Assembly: GCA_020632265.1 (NCBI GenBank)
Contig: JACKFW010000001.1
Location: forward strand, 727,272 to 791,271
Reading direction: 5' to 3'
DNA from: Pseudomonadales bacterium
GTDB taxonomy: Bacteria; Patescibacteriota; Microgenomatia; UBA1400; PJMF01
Length of the DNA: 64,000 bases
Shown here: positions 49,555 to 62,100 of the stretch, piece after piece
Numbering within the stretch: the stretch's first letter is position 1
Layout: each line of letters opens with the position of its first letter
Notes under the pieces: model-generated
The model's input: only the letters and a program-made list of their open reading frames with translations
What the model was told of the DNA's origin: nothing
Database searches by the model: none
Position numbers and translations under genes: made by a program

Positions 49555-50013
49555 ATGAAAAAAAAGAGAATAACAACAAAGGGTTTTACTCTAATTGAAT
49601 TACTAGTGGTGATTTCCATCATTGGAGTCTTAACAGCACTTTTGCTTTCAAATTTTGTAGGTATCAGGGCCCGAGCAAAAGACGCCCAATTAAAAGCTGA
49701 TCTTCAACAAATGAAAACTGCTTTAAGACTTTACTATAATGATTTCCAACAATATCCTGAAAGTAATTTAAATACATTTAAAAGTTGCAATGAGGAAGCT
49801 TGTGTTCAGGGTTCTGAATTCAACTCAGCTGCTGGAGGAACTGTATATATGAAAGAGTTGCCTGCATTCAGCGAGTATGTACGTACTAACAACGGCGATG
49901 GTTTTTATTTAGGTGTAGTTTTGGAAAATTCTTCCGATCAGGATATTACCGAAAGTGCTACAAAATGTTCTGCCCCTGGAACAGCAGACACATTTTATGT
50001 TTGTTCTGACTAA
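49555..50013 (+). CDS. Prepilin-type N-terminal cleavage/methylation domain protein (type IV pilin-like)
   Basis: ...TTKG|FTLIELLVVISIIGVLTALLLSNF; Glu+5. The C-terminal disulfide pair is typical of pilins. Confidence 0.78.
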   Translation: MKKKRITTKGFTLIELLVVISIIGVLTALLLSNFVGIRARAKDAQLKADLQQMKTALRLYYNDFQQYPESNLNTFKSCNEEACVQGSEFNSAAGGTVYMKELPAFSEYVRTNNGDGFYLGVVLENSSDQDITESATKCSAPGTADTFYVCSD

Positions 50014-50145
50014 TACTTTGTGATTTCTTAGACTGATACTTTGTGATTTCTTAGACTAATACTTTGTGATTTCTTAGACTGATACTTTGTGATTTCTTAG
50101 ACTAATACTTTGTGATTTCTTAGACTGATATTTTTGTGTTTGATG
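50011..50145. repeat. 23-nt tandem repeat array (about 5.5 copies) between the pilin cluster and the 3' end of the giant gene
   Basis: aatactttgtgatttcttagactR repeated head-to-tail from the pilin stop codon onward, alternating ...actga/...actaa variants. Confidence 0.85.
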
Positions 50146-50170
50146 AAATTTACCTCACATTTTAGATTAA

Positions 50171-53100
50171 CTAATTTACTAACCACCAGTTGAATGAAAC
50201 GTCAGAAGAGGTAGCTTGATCAAAGCCAACAACAAACTCTCCTTCATTTATTGGAGTTTCTTGGTTTTCAGCAGTTTGTTCTTTGACATAAAGCACTTGA
50301 TTTCCTGTGCTTCCAACCGCTGTAACATAGATTAATGTTTTGTCAGTGATTGAGCTTGACTTTATTTTTACTTGAGATGCATTTGCTTTAATTGTTGCTT
50401 TTCCAGAAGTTTTTTCTGAATTAAGTTCGTTGGTTGTTGATGAACCCAGATCTTGACTGCCGATACCAATACCACCAGCAAATTCTGCTTTTCCTTGGGC
50501 AGAAAAGGTTGCGACTGGAGCACCGACTTCATTAATAATTTCGAATCTTGATTCTTTGATATTGCCACTTTGAGTATCAACACCTGCTACTTGAACTTGG
50601 AATGGATTGCCAAAGTCTGTTGGTTTAATTAAATTTGCTAATAGAGTTTTGCCAACTTTTACATCACCAGTACTTTCAAAATTACCATTTACTGTGACCA
50701 TTCCAGAATCGTTGATAGTAACAATTCCTGCCAACAATTCAATCGATCCTTTTCCTTGAGGCTGAATTTTTAGAATTTGATCATCTGGACTTATTGAATT
50801 ATAGGCAATAATGCCATTAGAGATTGAAGTATTTGTATCTTTTGTTCCGATAATTAGCGAGTTATTAACAAAAATTGAGTTTCCAACTGCAAGAGAATCA
50901 GAAATGTATCCAGCTCCGTTTACTTTGAAATATTTTTCGATAAACAATGAAGAACCAGTAAGCGTAACATCATTTCCTAAAAATGAAAGATCGCTAATAC
51001 TTAGATCTAGTTGCGCACTAGTAGTGGCTCCAAATTCTGATTTATTAATTACGTCATAAAGTTCTTCCATATAAGATGCTGAAGTTGTGCTGTCTTTGCC
51101 AATTAATAAGTCTAATAATCCTGGAGTCTGCAGAGTATTGGTAATAGTTTGTTCAAAATTATAAATATTATCGGCGTAAAGTGTTCCAGATATTGTTGCA
51201 GTTACTATCTCAGCTGTATTGGCTTTGATTTTTTCTAATTCTGCAATTCCAGCTTCGAGAGCGGTAATTCTTGCAGAAGTGGCCTCAACTTTATTGGCCA
51301 ATAATGTGCCAGATATCGTTGCATTATTGGCAACGTTCAAGGAGCCAGAAATGGTGGCTTCCTGAGCAAGAAGTATACCGAGATTAGTTTTGCTGGCATT
51401 AATTTCATTGGCTGATAATTTTCCTGAAATAGTAGCTATTGAAGTTTTAAGCTCATTTGAAAGCAAAGTACTTGATTTAATACTTCCAGATATCGTTGCA
51501 TTTCCTTGTGTGGTGAGTGATCCCGAGAGATTTAAATCACCTTTGTTTGATAGCTGAGCAACGGAAACATCAGTGTTATTTTTGAATAATACAGAACCAC
51601 TGTCTGAGTCGATCTTAATTGCTGTATCATCGCCAATTGGAGAGATGAGCGTAGAATTATCATTAGTTGTTCCAGCTGTAACATTATTTATTATATCGGT
51701 AACATAGTTGGTAATTGATTTTCCACCAATAGTAAGTGAATTTACGGAAAGATTATTAATTGAAGCAGTTGATTGAACAACTAATTTTTTCGTGTTGATC
51801 ATTCCTGCTTGAATATTGCCGACAACGGTTTCAGAAAAAAGTGCAATTTTTGAGATTAATCCTTGAGAACTTGAAACATTGTATTTATTTAAAACGATGT
51901 TGTCTTCATTGATGACTACATCATTGGTATTTGCAATTTCAATCATGGGATCAATATGGCTGAGCTGTTCGGTTACTGAATTAAGTGAGAGTTGTTGTTC
52001 TTGAACTGCCTTCACAAGAAGAGGGGTTAGTTTCCCATAATCTACCGACCAATACTCATCGGGATTTTCTGGAATATACACTGCCTCTGGATATATTTGG
52101 GCTAACTGTTGAGCAATAAAGCCAGTGTGGGTTCTTTTTGAATCTTCAGAAATGAACTCATAATCTTTTACTTCAACCTGCAGTAAATCTGCGAGAGAGA
52201 AATTAGTTTCTCTGATATTTTCTTTCAAGCGAATATCTGATGAAGTGCCATAGGTAGTGGTTGTCCCACTGAAAGTAATTTCACCAACGTCTGTGCCATC
52301 ACCGTCATTGAACTGAATGAGGGTACCACTCCCACTATCTGCTCCTGCTTTGATTAATAAACCAAGCCGATTGGCATTATTACCATCATTGAAAAACTTC
52401 GAAACATAATTTGCAGAATCAACAATTACTTCTAATTTTGCTGTGGGAGAATTTTGTCCGACTCCAAAATTGCCCGCATTGTCCAGAATTGCTGCCAATG
52501 TATCATTGGAGAAAAACGACAGTGCATCCTTACCATGTTCGTACTGAATTCTTCCCGAATCATCTCTGTCAGTATCACCAAAAAGAATGCCGGCATTACC
52601 AGTATTTCCTGAGATTACAGAAATAAACGAGTTGTCTGAGGCGGCCGATGATTCATTGGCAACAAAATTAGTTCCAGAGCTGAGTGTTGGGATTGATCCA
52701 CCATCTGCATTGATGTGAAGTTTCACTCCAGCAGTACTAGTGCCAATTCCGATATTGCCGTTGCCATTGACTATGCCCAAGACGGTTCCAGCACTATTTT
52801 GCCATTCGGTGAGGTTGGCGGTTTGGGAGGAGTGGCCTTTGACTATGAATTGCTGAGTATCTGCCGCACCTCGAATAATTGTTGCTCCAGTGATATCGAC
52901 GGGTCTGTCTGCCGTAGCTACGGCTCCAAATTTGATATTGCCAGCGTGCATGGATTGTCCTCCTGTCGAATAGAGTGTCCAGCCAGACTGGGTGCCGGTA
53001 TAGAGAGCTATACCAGTGCTGGTACCACTTGGCTGTTGATCTCCAACAAAAATTCCATAGTTTGAGGTAACGCTAGTGGTGGTGGGAGCACTTACATATA

Positions 53101-56100
53101 GTTGATAGAGGTTACTGGCTGAGTTTACAGATTGGCTAATATTAAGCCCTTTGACCGTTGTTGATGATCCTGACAATTGATTGAGAATATTAATTCCAGT
53201 TGGACTAGTAATAGTTTTTCCTGTTCCAGAAGAAACTCCAGTATTGACACCCGTTGCCGCTGCAATAGTACCGTCTCCCTGTTGTGATACCAGATAGTTC
53301 ATTCCGTATAAAGAACTGATAGTTTGAGCATTAGAATGAATTGCGGATCCATATACAGAAGAATAGTTGCCCCCCGCACTTGTTGGATCGATTACCCAGT
53401 TAAAAATGGCCGATTGTGCATCTGTAGCTGCTGTTTGAGTCCAAGAAGAAGTTAGTTGTCCGTACATCGATAATTTTCCGTTTGCATCAATGGTTAGTTT
53501 TGGATTGCCACTACTGTCTTGCCATTCTTGTAGGTTGGCGGTTTGAGATCCAGAATTAGCTTTAATAATTTGACCAATGGCGGCATCAGCTCCTGTGTTG
53601 ATTTGTAACTTAGCTCCCGCAGTCGTTGTCCCAATCCCCACATTTCCACCAAAGTATGCTTTTCCATTACTCTGCAACAAGATATCGGCACTAGCTGTAC
53701 TAGTGCCACCAATGGCTAGATCAACTACACTAGCTAGTTCATTTTTGGGATGCAAGACGTTGGCTGTATTAGACCACAAGCTAAATCCAGAACCTAGTGA
53801 CGCAGGATCTGTCCAAGTATTTGCTCCACCCGCAGAGGAGGTGAGTAGGTACCCACTCGTACCTGCATTACCTGCTACTCTAATAGCATCAGTGAGATTG
53901 AGTTCACCGACTACATCGAGAGCGTAGCCGGGAGCAGTAGAACCGATGCCGACGTTGCTACCGAAGTATGCGCCCCCGTCTTTGTTTATAAATGCTTTTT
54001 CAGTTGTGTAATTTATAAATGATATAATTTTAGCACCAGCGGTTACAAATGATTCTCCAGTTCTAAATTGATGAGCAATCGCACTAGCTCCGTCATTAAT
54101 CCATCCAGTAGAGTACACAGCGTTTCCCGAGGTGCCTCCAATTCCATAGATATTTACATAACCTCTAGAATAGATTTCTAATGGCCAACCATTTGAATTT
54201 GGAGTTGAAATAGAAGAATATATGCTTCCTGGAATCGTAGCTGCTTCAAAGCCTAATTTTCGTGCTCCAAGAAACATACTTCCAGATCCACCGCTATCTT
54301 TAATTCTAACTGTTTGAGTAGTTCCTGCATCAAGAAGATCAAGTTTATACCCACCAGTCGTCGTCCCAATCCCAACATTGCCAGCAACTAACAATGAATT
54401 GCCTCCAGATGCAGGGTCAAGATAATAACTTGAATTTGTATTGTCTACAAATCTTTCTGCATAAACAAAACCATCTCGAGCGACTTGAAACTTTAAGACT
54501 CCAGAGGCAGATGCAGAAATGATTGGTTGATCACCCGTTTCATTAAGGATAAACAATGATTTTCCCGTAACTTTACCTTCAATATTAAGTAATCCAACCG
54601 GAGTGTTGGTGCCGATACCAATATTTCCACTACTTCCTTGTAGAAATAGCGCATTTGTTTTTCCCGAGGCTTCTATTCTAAAGTCAGCGTTGCTTCCTTG
54701 CTCATTAAATATTGCTGAACCATTTGCTAATAAATGTATATTTGCACTAGCAGTACTAGTGCCACCAATAGCTAGATCAACCACACCAGCTAGTTCATTT
54801 TTGGGATGAAGGACATTGGCTGTATTAGACCACAAACTAAATCCAGAACCCAGTGACGCAGGATCTGTCCAAGTATTTGCTCCACCAGCAGAGGAGGTCA
54901 GTAGGTACCCACTTGTACCTGCATTACCTGCTACTCTAATAGCATCAGTGAGATTGAGTTCACCGACTACATCTAGAGCGTAGCCGGGGTTGCTAGATCC
55001 AATACCTATATTGCCGTTTTCATCAACGGCACCTAGCACAGTGCCCGCACTGTTTTGCCATTCAGTGAGGTTGGCGGTTTGAGATGTAATTGATTTTATC
55101 GCGATTGTAGGCGTGGATATTGTGTGAGTTTGTATGGTCAACGATCCAGTTGGAGTAACTGAGTGACCAATTGTAACGTTTCTATCTTCAAATGAAGTAA
55201 AGACGCTATAATCACTGCTATTAGAAAAGCGAATAGAATCGCTTGAACTTAGTGTTTTGAAGCTTATTTTTTTACCAGTAGTTGCAGACGTTCTAAATTC
55301 AATATCTTTATTAGTACCTGCTGCCCATATCCCAGATCCACTATTATATGTTAATGACATAAGTGTTTCATTACTTGGATTTATAAATTTAATTATGTCA
55401 TCGCTACCAGAGCTTTTTATAGCTAGCGTAGAATTTAAACCAGAATTTGTTGTCCCAATTCCCACATTCCCTCCAAAGTATGCTTTACCATTACTCTGTA
55501 ACAAAATATCGGCACTAGCAGTACTAGTACCACCAATAGCTAGATCAACCACACTTGCCAACTCATTCTTGGGATGCAAGACATTCAGTGTGTTTGCCCA
55601 AATGTTAGAAACAGCTAGGGTAGCAGGATCTGTCCAAGTATTTGCTCCACCAGCAGAGGAGGTGAGTAGGTACCCACTTGTACCTGCATTACCTGCTACT
55701 CTAATAGCATCAGTGAGATTGAGTTCACCGACTACATCGAGAGCGTAGCCGGGAGCAGTAGAACCGATGCCGACGTTGCCATTGCCATCAAGCCTCATTC
55801 CTTCAATGTAACCATTCGTTCCTCCTCCAGCAGTTCCAGTGGGCGAATAAAAGAACTTAAGACCTGCGGCAGCGCCACTTCCCCACGAAGTTCCACTTCT
55901 TATACTTAACCACTGGCCATATCGATTGGTTAACCCGGCATCAGGTCCAGACAGGGCGACATCTGAGCCCCATTGACCAAGAATAAGATGTGTTCCTTGC
56001 CAAGTCATGGGTCCAGATCCCGCCCAAAATGACATAGTATTTACAGCACTTCGGCGTATGTATAAATCTGATCCGGTTGGATTGTCGAAGTATAAGTAGC

Positions 56101-59100
56101 CCGTGGTTCTTAAATTGCCTGCAATCTCTAGTTTCTGAGAAGGCGCATTCGTCCCAATCCCCACATTCCCTCCAAAGTATGCTTTCCCATTACTTTGTAG
56201 CAAGATATCGGCACTGGCAGTACTGGTGCCTCCAATGGCTAGATCAACCACACTAGCTAATTCGTCCTTTGGATGCAGGACATTAGCTGTATTAGACCAC
56301 AAGCTAAATCCAGAACCCAATGATGCAGGATCTGTCCAGGTATTTGCACCACCAGCAGAGGAGGTGAGTAGATATCCACTTGTACCGGCACTACCAGCTA
56401 CTCTAATAGCATCTGTGAGATTCAGTTCACCGACAACATCGAGAGTGTAACCTGGAGCGGTGGAACCGATGCCGACGTTGCCAACATTTTGAATCACAAA
56501 TCTATTTGTTCCAGAAGCTGAAGCAGCAAAGATGTCTTGATTGCCCGTTTCATTGAGGATGGTCAGGGCTTTGCCGGTGGCTTTGCCAGAAATATTGAGT
56601 AGTCCAATTGGTGTCGTTGTCCCAATTCCTATGTTACCCGAAGAATTTACGATCATTCTTTGTGTTCCATCCGTAAGTAAGGCAAGGTCTCTAGCTGAGC
56701 CACCGCTGGAACCTTTTGAAGTTCCAATATTCAAAACATTCGAGTTCCAGTAGAAGTCGCCACGTTCGTATGAAGTTCCTGAGGAGTAGGTATTATAGAT
56801 TCTGAAAGATTGTGCGTTCGTAGAATTTCGAAGTGAAATATTGTTCGCTTCGTCGGAAAGCAGAAATGCGCTAGGTCCTGTTGCGGAATTAAACCCAAGA
56901 GCATAGCCCGCCTGTATTGCTAGCGCTGCAGTGGCATTATTGATACCTAATAAATCGGCACCGGATTTTGAAAAAAATATCGCCGCCCCGTTTTGCCGGA
57001 TTCCGACTCCGGACGCGTTTGTAAAAGATAAAGATGGGGCCGCCGCCGTCCCATTGGGCAGCAATAATTGTCCCGATGCTAGCTCTAAAGTACCTCCTGG
57101 TGTCGTCGTCCCAATCCCCACATTCCCCCCGAAGTATGCTTTCCCATTACTCTGTAACAAGATGTCGGCACTAGCAGTACTGGTGCCACCAATGGCTAGA
57201 TCAACCACGCTGGCCAACTCATTCTTTGGATGCAGGACATTGAGTGTATTTGCCCAGATATTGGAAACAGCCAAGGTTGCAGGATCTGTCCAAGTATTAG
57301 CACCACCAGCAGAGGAGGTGAGTAGATATCCACTTGTACCAGCATTACCTGCTACTCTAATAGCATCTGTCAAGTTTAGTTCACCGACAACATCGAGAGC
57401 GTAGCCGGGAGTGGTGGAACCGATGCCGACGTTGCCGGTATTGGCTACAAATAGAGTTGGAGTTGAATCTGCTGCAGTACCACCAATACCAACATTACCT
57501 CCTTGGTTTAAAAAGAGGTTCCACTGATTACTAGTTTGAAACCCAAGATTAATACCACTTGCGTTGACAATTTTATTACCCGTTCCATTAAATAACAGAG
57601 AACTTCCAGCAGAGAGCTGTATATTTCCAGCAACATCTAGCTTTTGTCCGGGGCTGACAGTCCCAATCCCAACATTGCCACCATTTTGAATCACAAATCT
57701 ATTTGTTCCAGAAGCTGAAGCAGCAAAGATGTTTTGATCACCTGTTTCATTGAGGATAGTCAGGGCTTTGCCGGTGGCTTTGCCAGAAACATTGAGTAGT
57801 CCAATTGGAGTCGTTGTCCCAATTCCCACATTGCCGACTCTGAAAAGTGCGGCATAGTGACTGCCTGTCAGAGAAGTGACTGTTGGATTGTAATCAATAC
57901 CGACAACACTACCATCATATGTTCCACTGGTAGAAATAGTTGGGCTGATATCTAAATATTTCTTTTGGCCAGTGCCACTACTTGGGTTAAATACCGTCCC
58001 GTGCAATCTTAACACTGAATCTGTTGAATTACCGTAGCCATCAAATACTGCAACCTCATTATTTCCTGCCCAGACGCTAATATTGGTGTTACCCGAATCA
58101 TTGCTTTTAAATCCAGTAAAACCGCCATCACCCATGGTCGGAGGCCTAAGATTATAACCTGTTGCTTTGATGTATTGATTTGTAATGATGTCATATCCCG
58201 TAGTGTAGTTTTCTGTAAAGTTGCCAACTTTGAGTATGCCGTTAATTTGAGCTGCTTGAGTTGGATTGGTTGTCCCAATCCCCACATTTCCTCCAAAGTA
58301 TGCTTTTCCATTACTCTGCAACAAGATATCGGCACTAGCAGTACTAGTGCCACCAATAGCTAGATCAACTACACTTGCCAACTCATTCTTGGGATGTAGG
58401 ACATTAGCTGTATTAGACCACAAGCTAAATCCAGAACCTAGTGACGCAGGATCTGTCCAAGTATTTGCTCCACCCGCAGAGGAGGTGAGTAGATAGCCAG
58501 AAGTACCAGCATTACCTGCAACTCTAATAGCATCAGTGAGATTCAGTTCACCGACTACATCTAGAGCGTAGCCGGGGTTACTAGATCCAATACCTATGTT
58601 GCCGTTTTCATCAACGGCACCTAACACAGTCCCAGCACTATTTTGCCATTCCTGCAAATTTGAAGCTTGAGAGGCAATACCCTTAACTCTGAGGGGAACG
58701 CCGTCTGTTGCTTGAGAATGAATTGTTAAACCTGCGCCAGTACCACTGAAAAGTCCATAAATGAGAGGTGTAGCTGTATTTGAGTTGGCAATGTAGAGTC
58801 TGTTTGAGCCGGTTTCGTTGGAGCCAGCCTGATAACCAATCATGACACTACCGACCGAACCTTGGTATCCTGCCTGATAGCCGATTGCCGTTAGATTACT
58901 GGAGCTGGTATTTGTGGCGCCGTATCCAGCTTGATTTCCAACTAAGGTAGCATTTCGGGTTTGGATTAAATTATTACCAACTTGATAACCAATAGCTGAA
59001 TTACTATTTCCCACTCCCGGCCAGTTTAGGGAAGTTAATGCTTGAATGCCAATCGCGACGTTATTTAATTCGGTTGTGGAGGTGTTGAGTGCCAAATCTC

Positions 59101-62100
59101 CTATTGCCACATTGTTGCCACCTTCAGTTAAGTTTTGAAGAGCAGATCTTCCAAGACCAAAGTTTGAATATCCAGTTGTGACTGCTTGTAGTGAATATGA
59201 ACCCAAAGAAATATTCTTAGTCCCACTTGTAAGAGCAGTTTGACTTAGGTAGCCAATGGCAACATTGTTGTTTCCTGTATTTGTTGAATTTCCAGCCAAA
59301 TAACCTGCAAAAAAGTTAGTATTGCCTGTACCTAAATTGGCTTCTAGTCTTCCAGTTCCACTAATAAATGAAAGTGGGGTGCCACTACTATTTTGCCACT
59401 CCTGTAGGTTTGCAGTTTGAGAGCCAGAATTGGCTTTAATGATTTGCCCAATGGCGGCATCAGCTCCTGTGTTGATTTGTAACTTAGCTCCTGCAGTCGT
59501 TGTCCCAATCCCCACATTCCCCCCAAAGTATGCTTTACCATTACTTTGCAACAAGATATCGGCACTAGCAGTACTAGTGCCACCAATAGCTAGATCAACT
59601 ACACTTGCCAACTCATTCTTGGGATGCAAGACATTCAGTGTGTTTGCCCAAATGTTAGAAACAGCTAGGGTAGCAGGATCTGTCCAAGTATTAGCGCCAC
59701 CCGCAGAGGAGGTGAGTAGGTACCCACTTGTACCAGCATTACCTGCAACTCTAATAGCATCTGTCAGATTTAGTTCACCGACTACATCTAGAGCGTAGCC
59801 AGGAGTGGTGGAACCGATGCCGACGTTTCCGGCATCAGTTATTCTTAGTCTCTCTGTGAGAGTAGTTCCAGTTTCGAAACTAATGTAATCTCCGTTGTTG
59901 TTTGAAGCAGAGATCACAATAGGTCTAATTTCAGAATGAATAGATAAAACCTCACTTTTGCTAGGATGTTGACCAAAGTAGTAGCTATCAGAAGACGTCG
60001 TTGATCTTGCATAAATTCCTTGAGAAAATGATCCAGAACCATTCACTGCTAATTTATGAGTTGGACTTGCCGTCCCAATTCCAATATTACCATCATTTTG
60101 AATTACAAATCTATTTGTTCCAGAAGCTGAAGCAACAAAAATATTTTGATCACCTGTTTCATTGAGGATAGTCAGGGCTTTGCCGGTTGCTTTACCCGAA
60201 ACATTGAGTAGGCCAATTGGAGTCGTCGTCCCAATCCCCACATTGCCGTTGTCTAGAATCACCACTTCACTCGTGGTATCGCCATCAGGATCAAAGCCAA
60301 GATAATTACTAGTGGTGTTGTATCCTAGAATTGCTTCGTTACCATCGTCACCAATATGAATACTCGAACCTTTGACAAATAACTCAGTCCAACGAGAACT
60401 TGAAGAACCAAGACTACTGACTCCATCAGCAGCAGGTAAGAAATCATCTGAAGCTATTAAATCGGAACCATTCCATCTCAAATACTCAGTTGCACCATTG
60501 CCAAAGTAGAGATAATTAGCTAACTCAATATCACCTGCTACATCTAACAATTGGCTAGCAGTCGTCGTCCCAATCCCCACATTCCCCCCAAAGTATGCTT
60601 TGCCATTACTCTGCAACAAGATATCGGCACTAGCAGTACTGGTGCCACCAATAGCTAGATCAACTACACTAGCTAGTTCATTTTTGGGATGCAAGACATT
60701 CAGTGTGTTTGCCCAAATGTTAGAAACAGCTAGGGTAGCAGGATCTGTCCAGGTATTAGCACCACCAGCAGAGGAGGTGAGTAAATAGCCACTTGTACCA
60801 GCACTACCAGCGACTCTAATAGCATCAGTTAAGTTTAATTCACCGACAACATCGAGAGCGTAGCCGGGAGTGGTGGAACCGATACCGACGTTGCCGGTAT
60901 TGGCTACAAATAGAGTTGGAGTTGAATCTGCTGCAGTACCACCAATACCAACATTACCTCCTTGGTTTAAAAAGAGGTTCCACTGATTACTAGTTTGAAA
61001 CCCAAGATTAATACCACTTGCGTTGACAATTTTATTACCCGTTCCATTAAATAACAGAGAACTTCCAGCAGAGAGCTGTATATTTCCAGCAACATCTAGC
61101 TTTTGTCCGGGGCTGACAGTCCCAATCCCAACATTGCCAGCATTTTGAATTACAAATCTATTTGTTCCAGAAGCTGAAGCAACAAAGATGTTTTGATCAC
61201 CTGTTTCATTGAGGATGGTCAGGGCTTTGCCGGTGGCTTTACCTGAAACATTGAGTTTTCCGATCGCGGAAGTGGTCCCAATACCAACATTTCCTCCACT
61301 TGCTTGTAAATTCATGCTATAGGCAATAGCCGTACTAGTTCTGCCTGCCTGAATCCAAGAATCTCCACTACCACTTCTACCAAAGTAGAGTCCATATCCC
61401 TCTGAAGGTTTTGCAATAGCAAATGCAATTCCTGCTGAGCTACCCAGAATCATTGAGGTTGAATCTATCGAGGCAGCCACCTCAAGCTTGGCTTGTGGAA
61501 TATTTGTACCAATTCCAACGTTGGAAGTTCCACCATCTAAATAAAATGTATTTTCATCTGTATCGCTTTCAATTCTGAAATTACTATCAACGCCAGCATC
61601 ATTGAAAGTTGCACCAGAGTAAGCAATACTTAATAAATTTGTTGAACCAGCTAAAAATTGAACAGATTTTCCCGCTCCGCCTCCGAATCGAAACTGTAAA
61701 TTATCATAAATATCTGTTCCAACAGATGAATCTTGATCTTGAGCACTAACCCCACTAAAGGTAATTACATTATTTCCAGGCATTGCCAGTATTGATTCTG
61801 GAGAAGTACTGCCAATCCCCACATTCCCCCCAAAGTATGCTTTCCCATTACTTTGCAACAAGATATCGGCACTAGCAGTACTGGTGCCACCAATAGCTAG
61901 ATCAACTACACTTGCCAACTCATTCTTGGGATGCAAGACGTTGGCTGTATTAGACCACAAACTAAATCCAGAACCTAGGGTAGCAGGATCGGTCCAAGTG
62001 TTAGCGCCACCTCCCGAAGAGGTAAGAAGATAGCCAGCAGTACCAGCATTACCACCAGCTCTAACTGCACCGGACATATTAACATCACCGACAACATCAA

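Noticed and set aside
50011-50145. Possible CRISPR array (23-nt repeats); the same was considered for the 31-nt array at 37180..37280
   Set aside because: The units are directly contiguous with no unique spacers, there are too few units, and no cas genes are nearby. These are plain tandem repeats.
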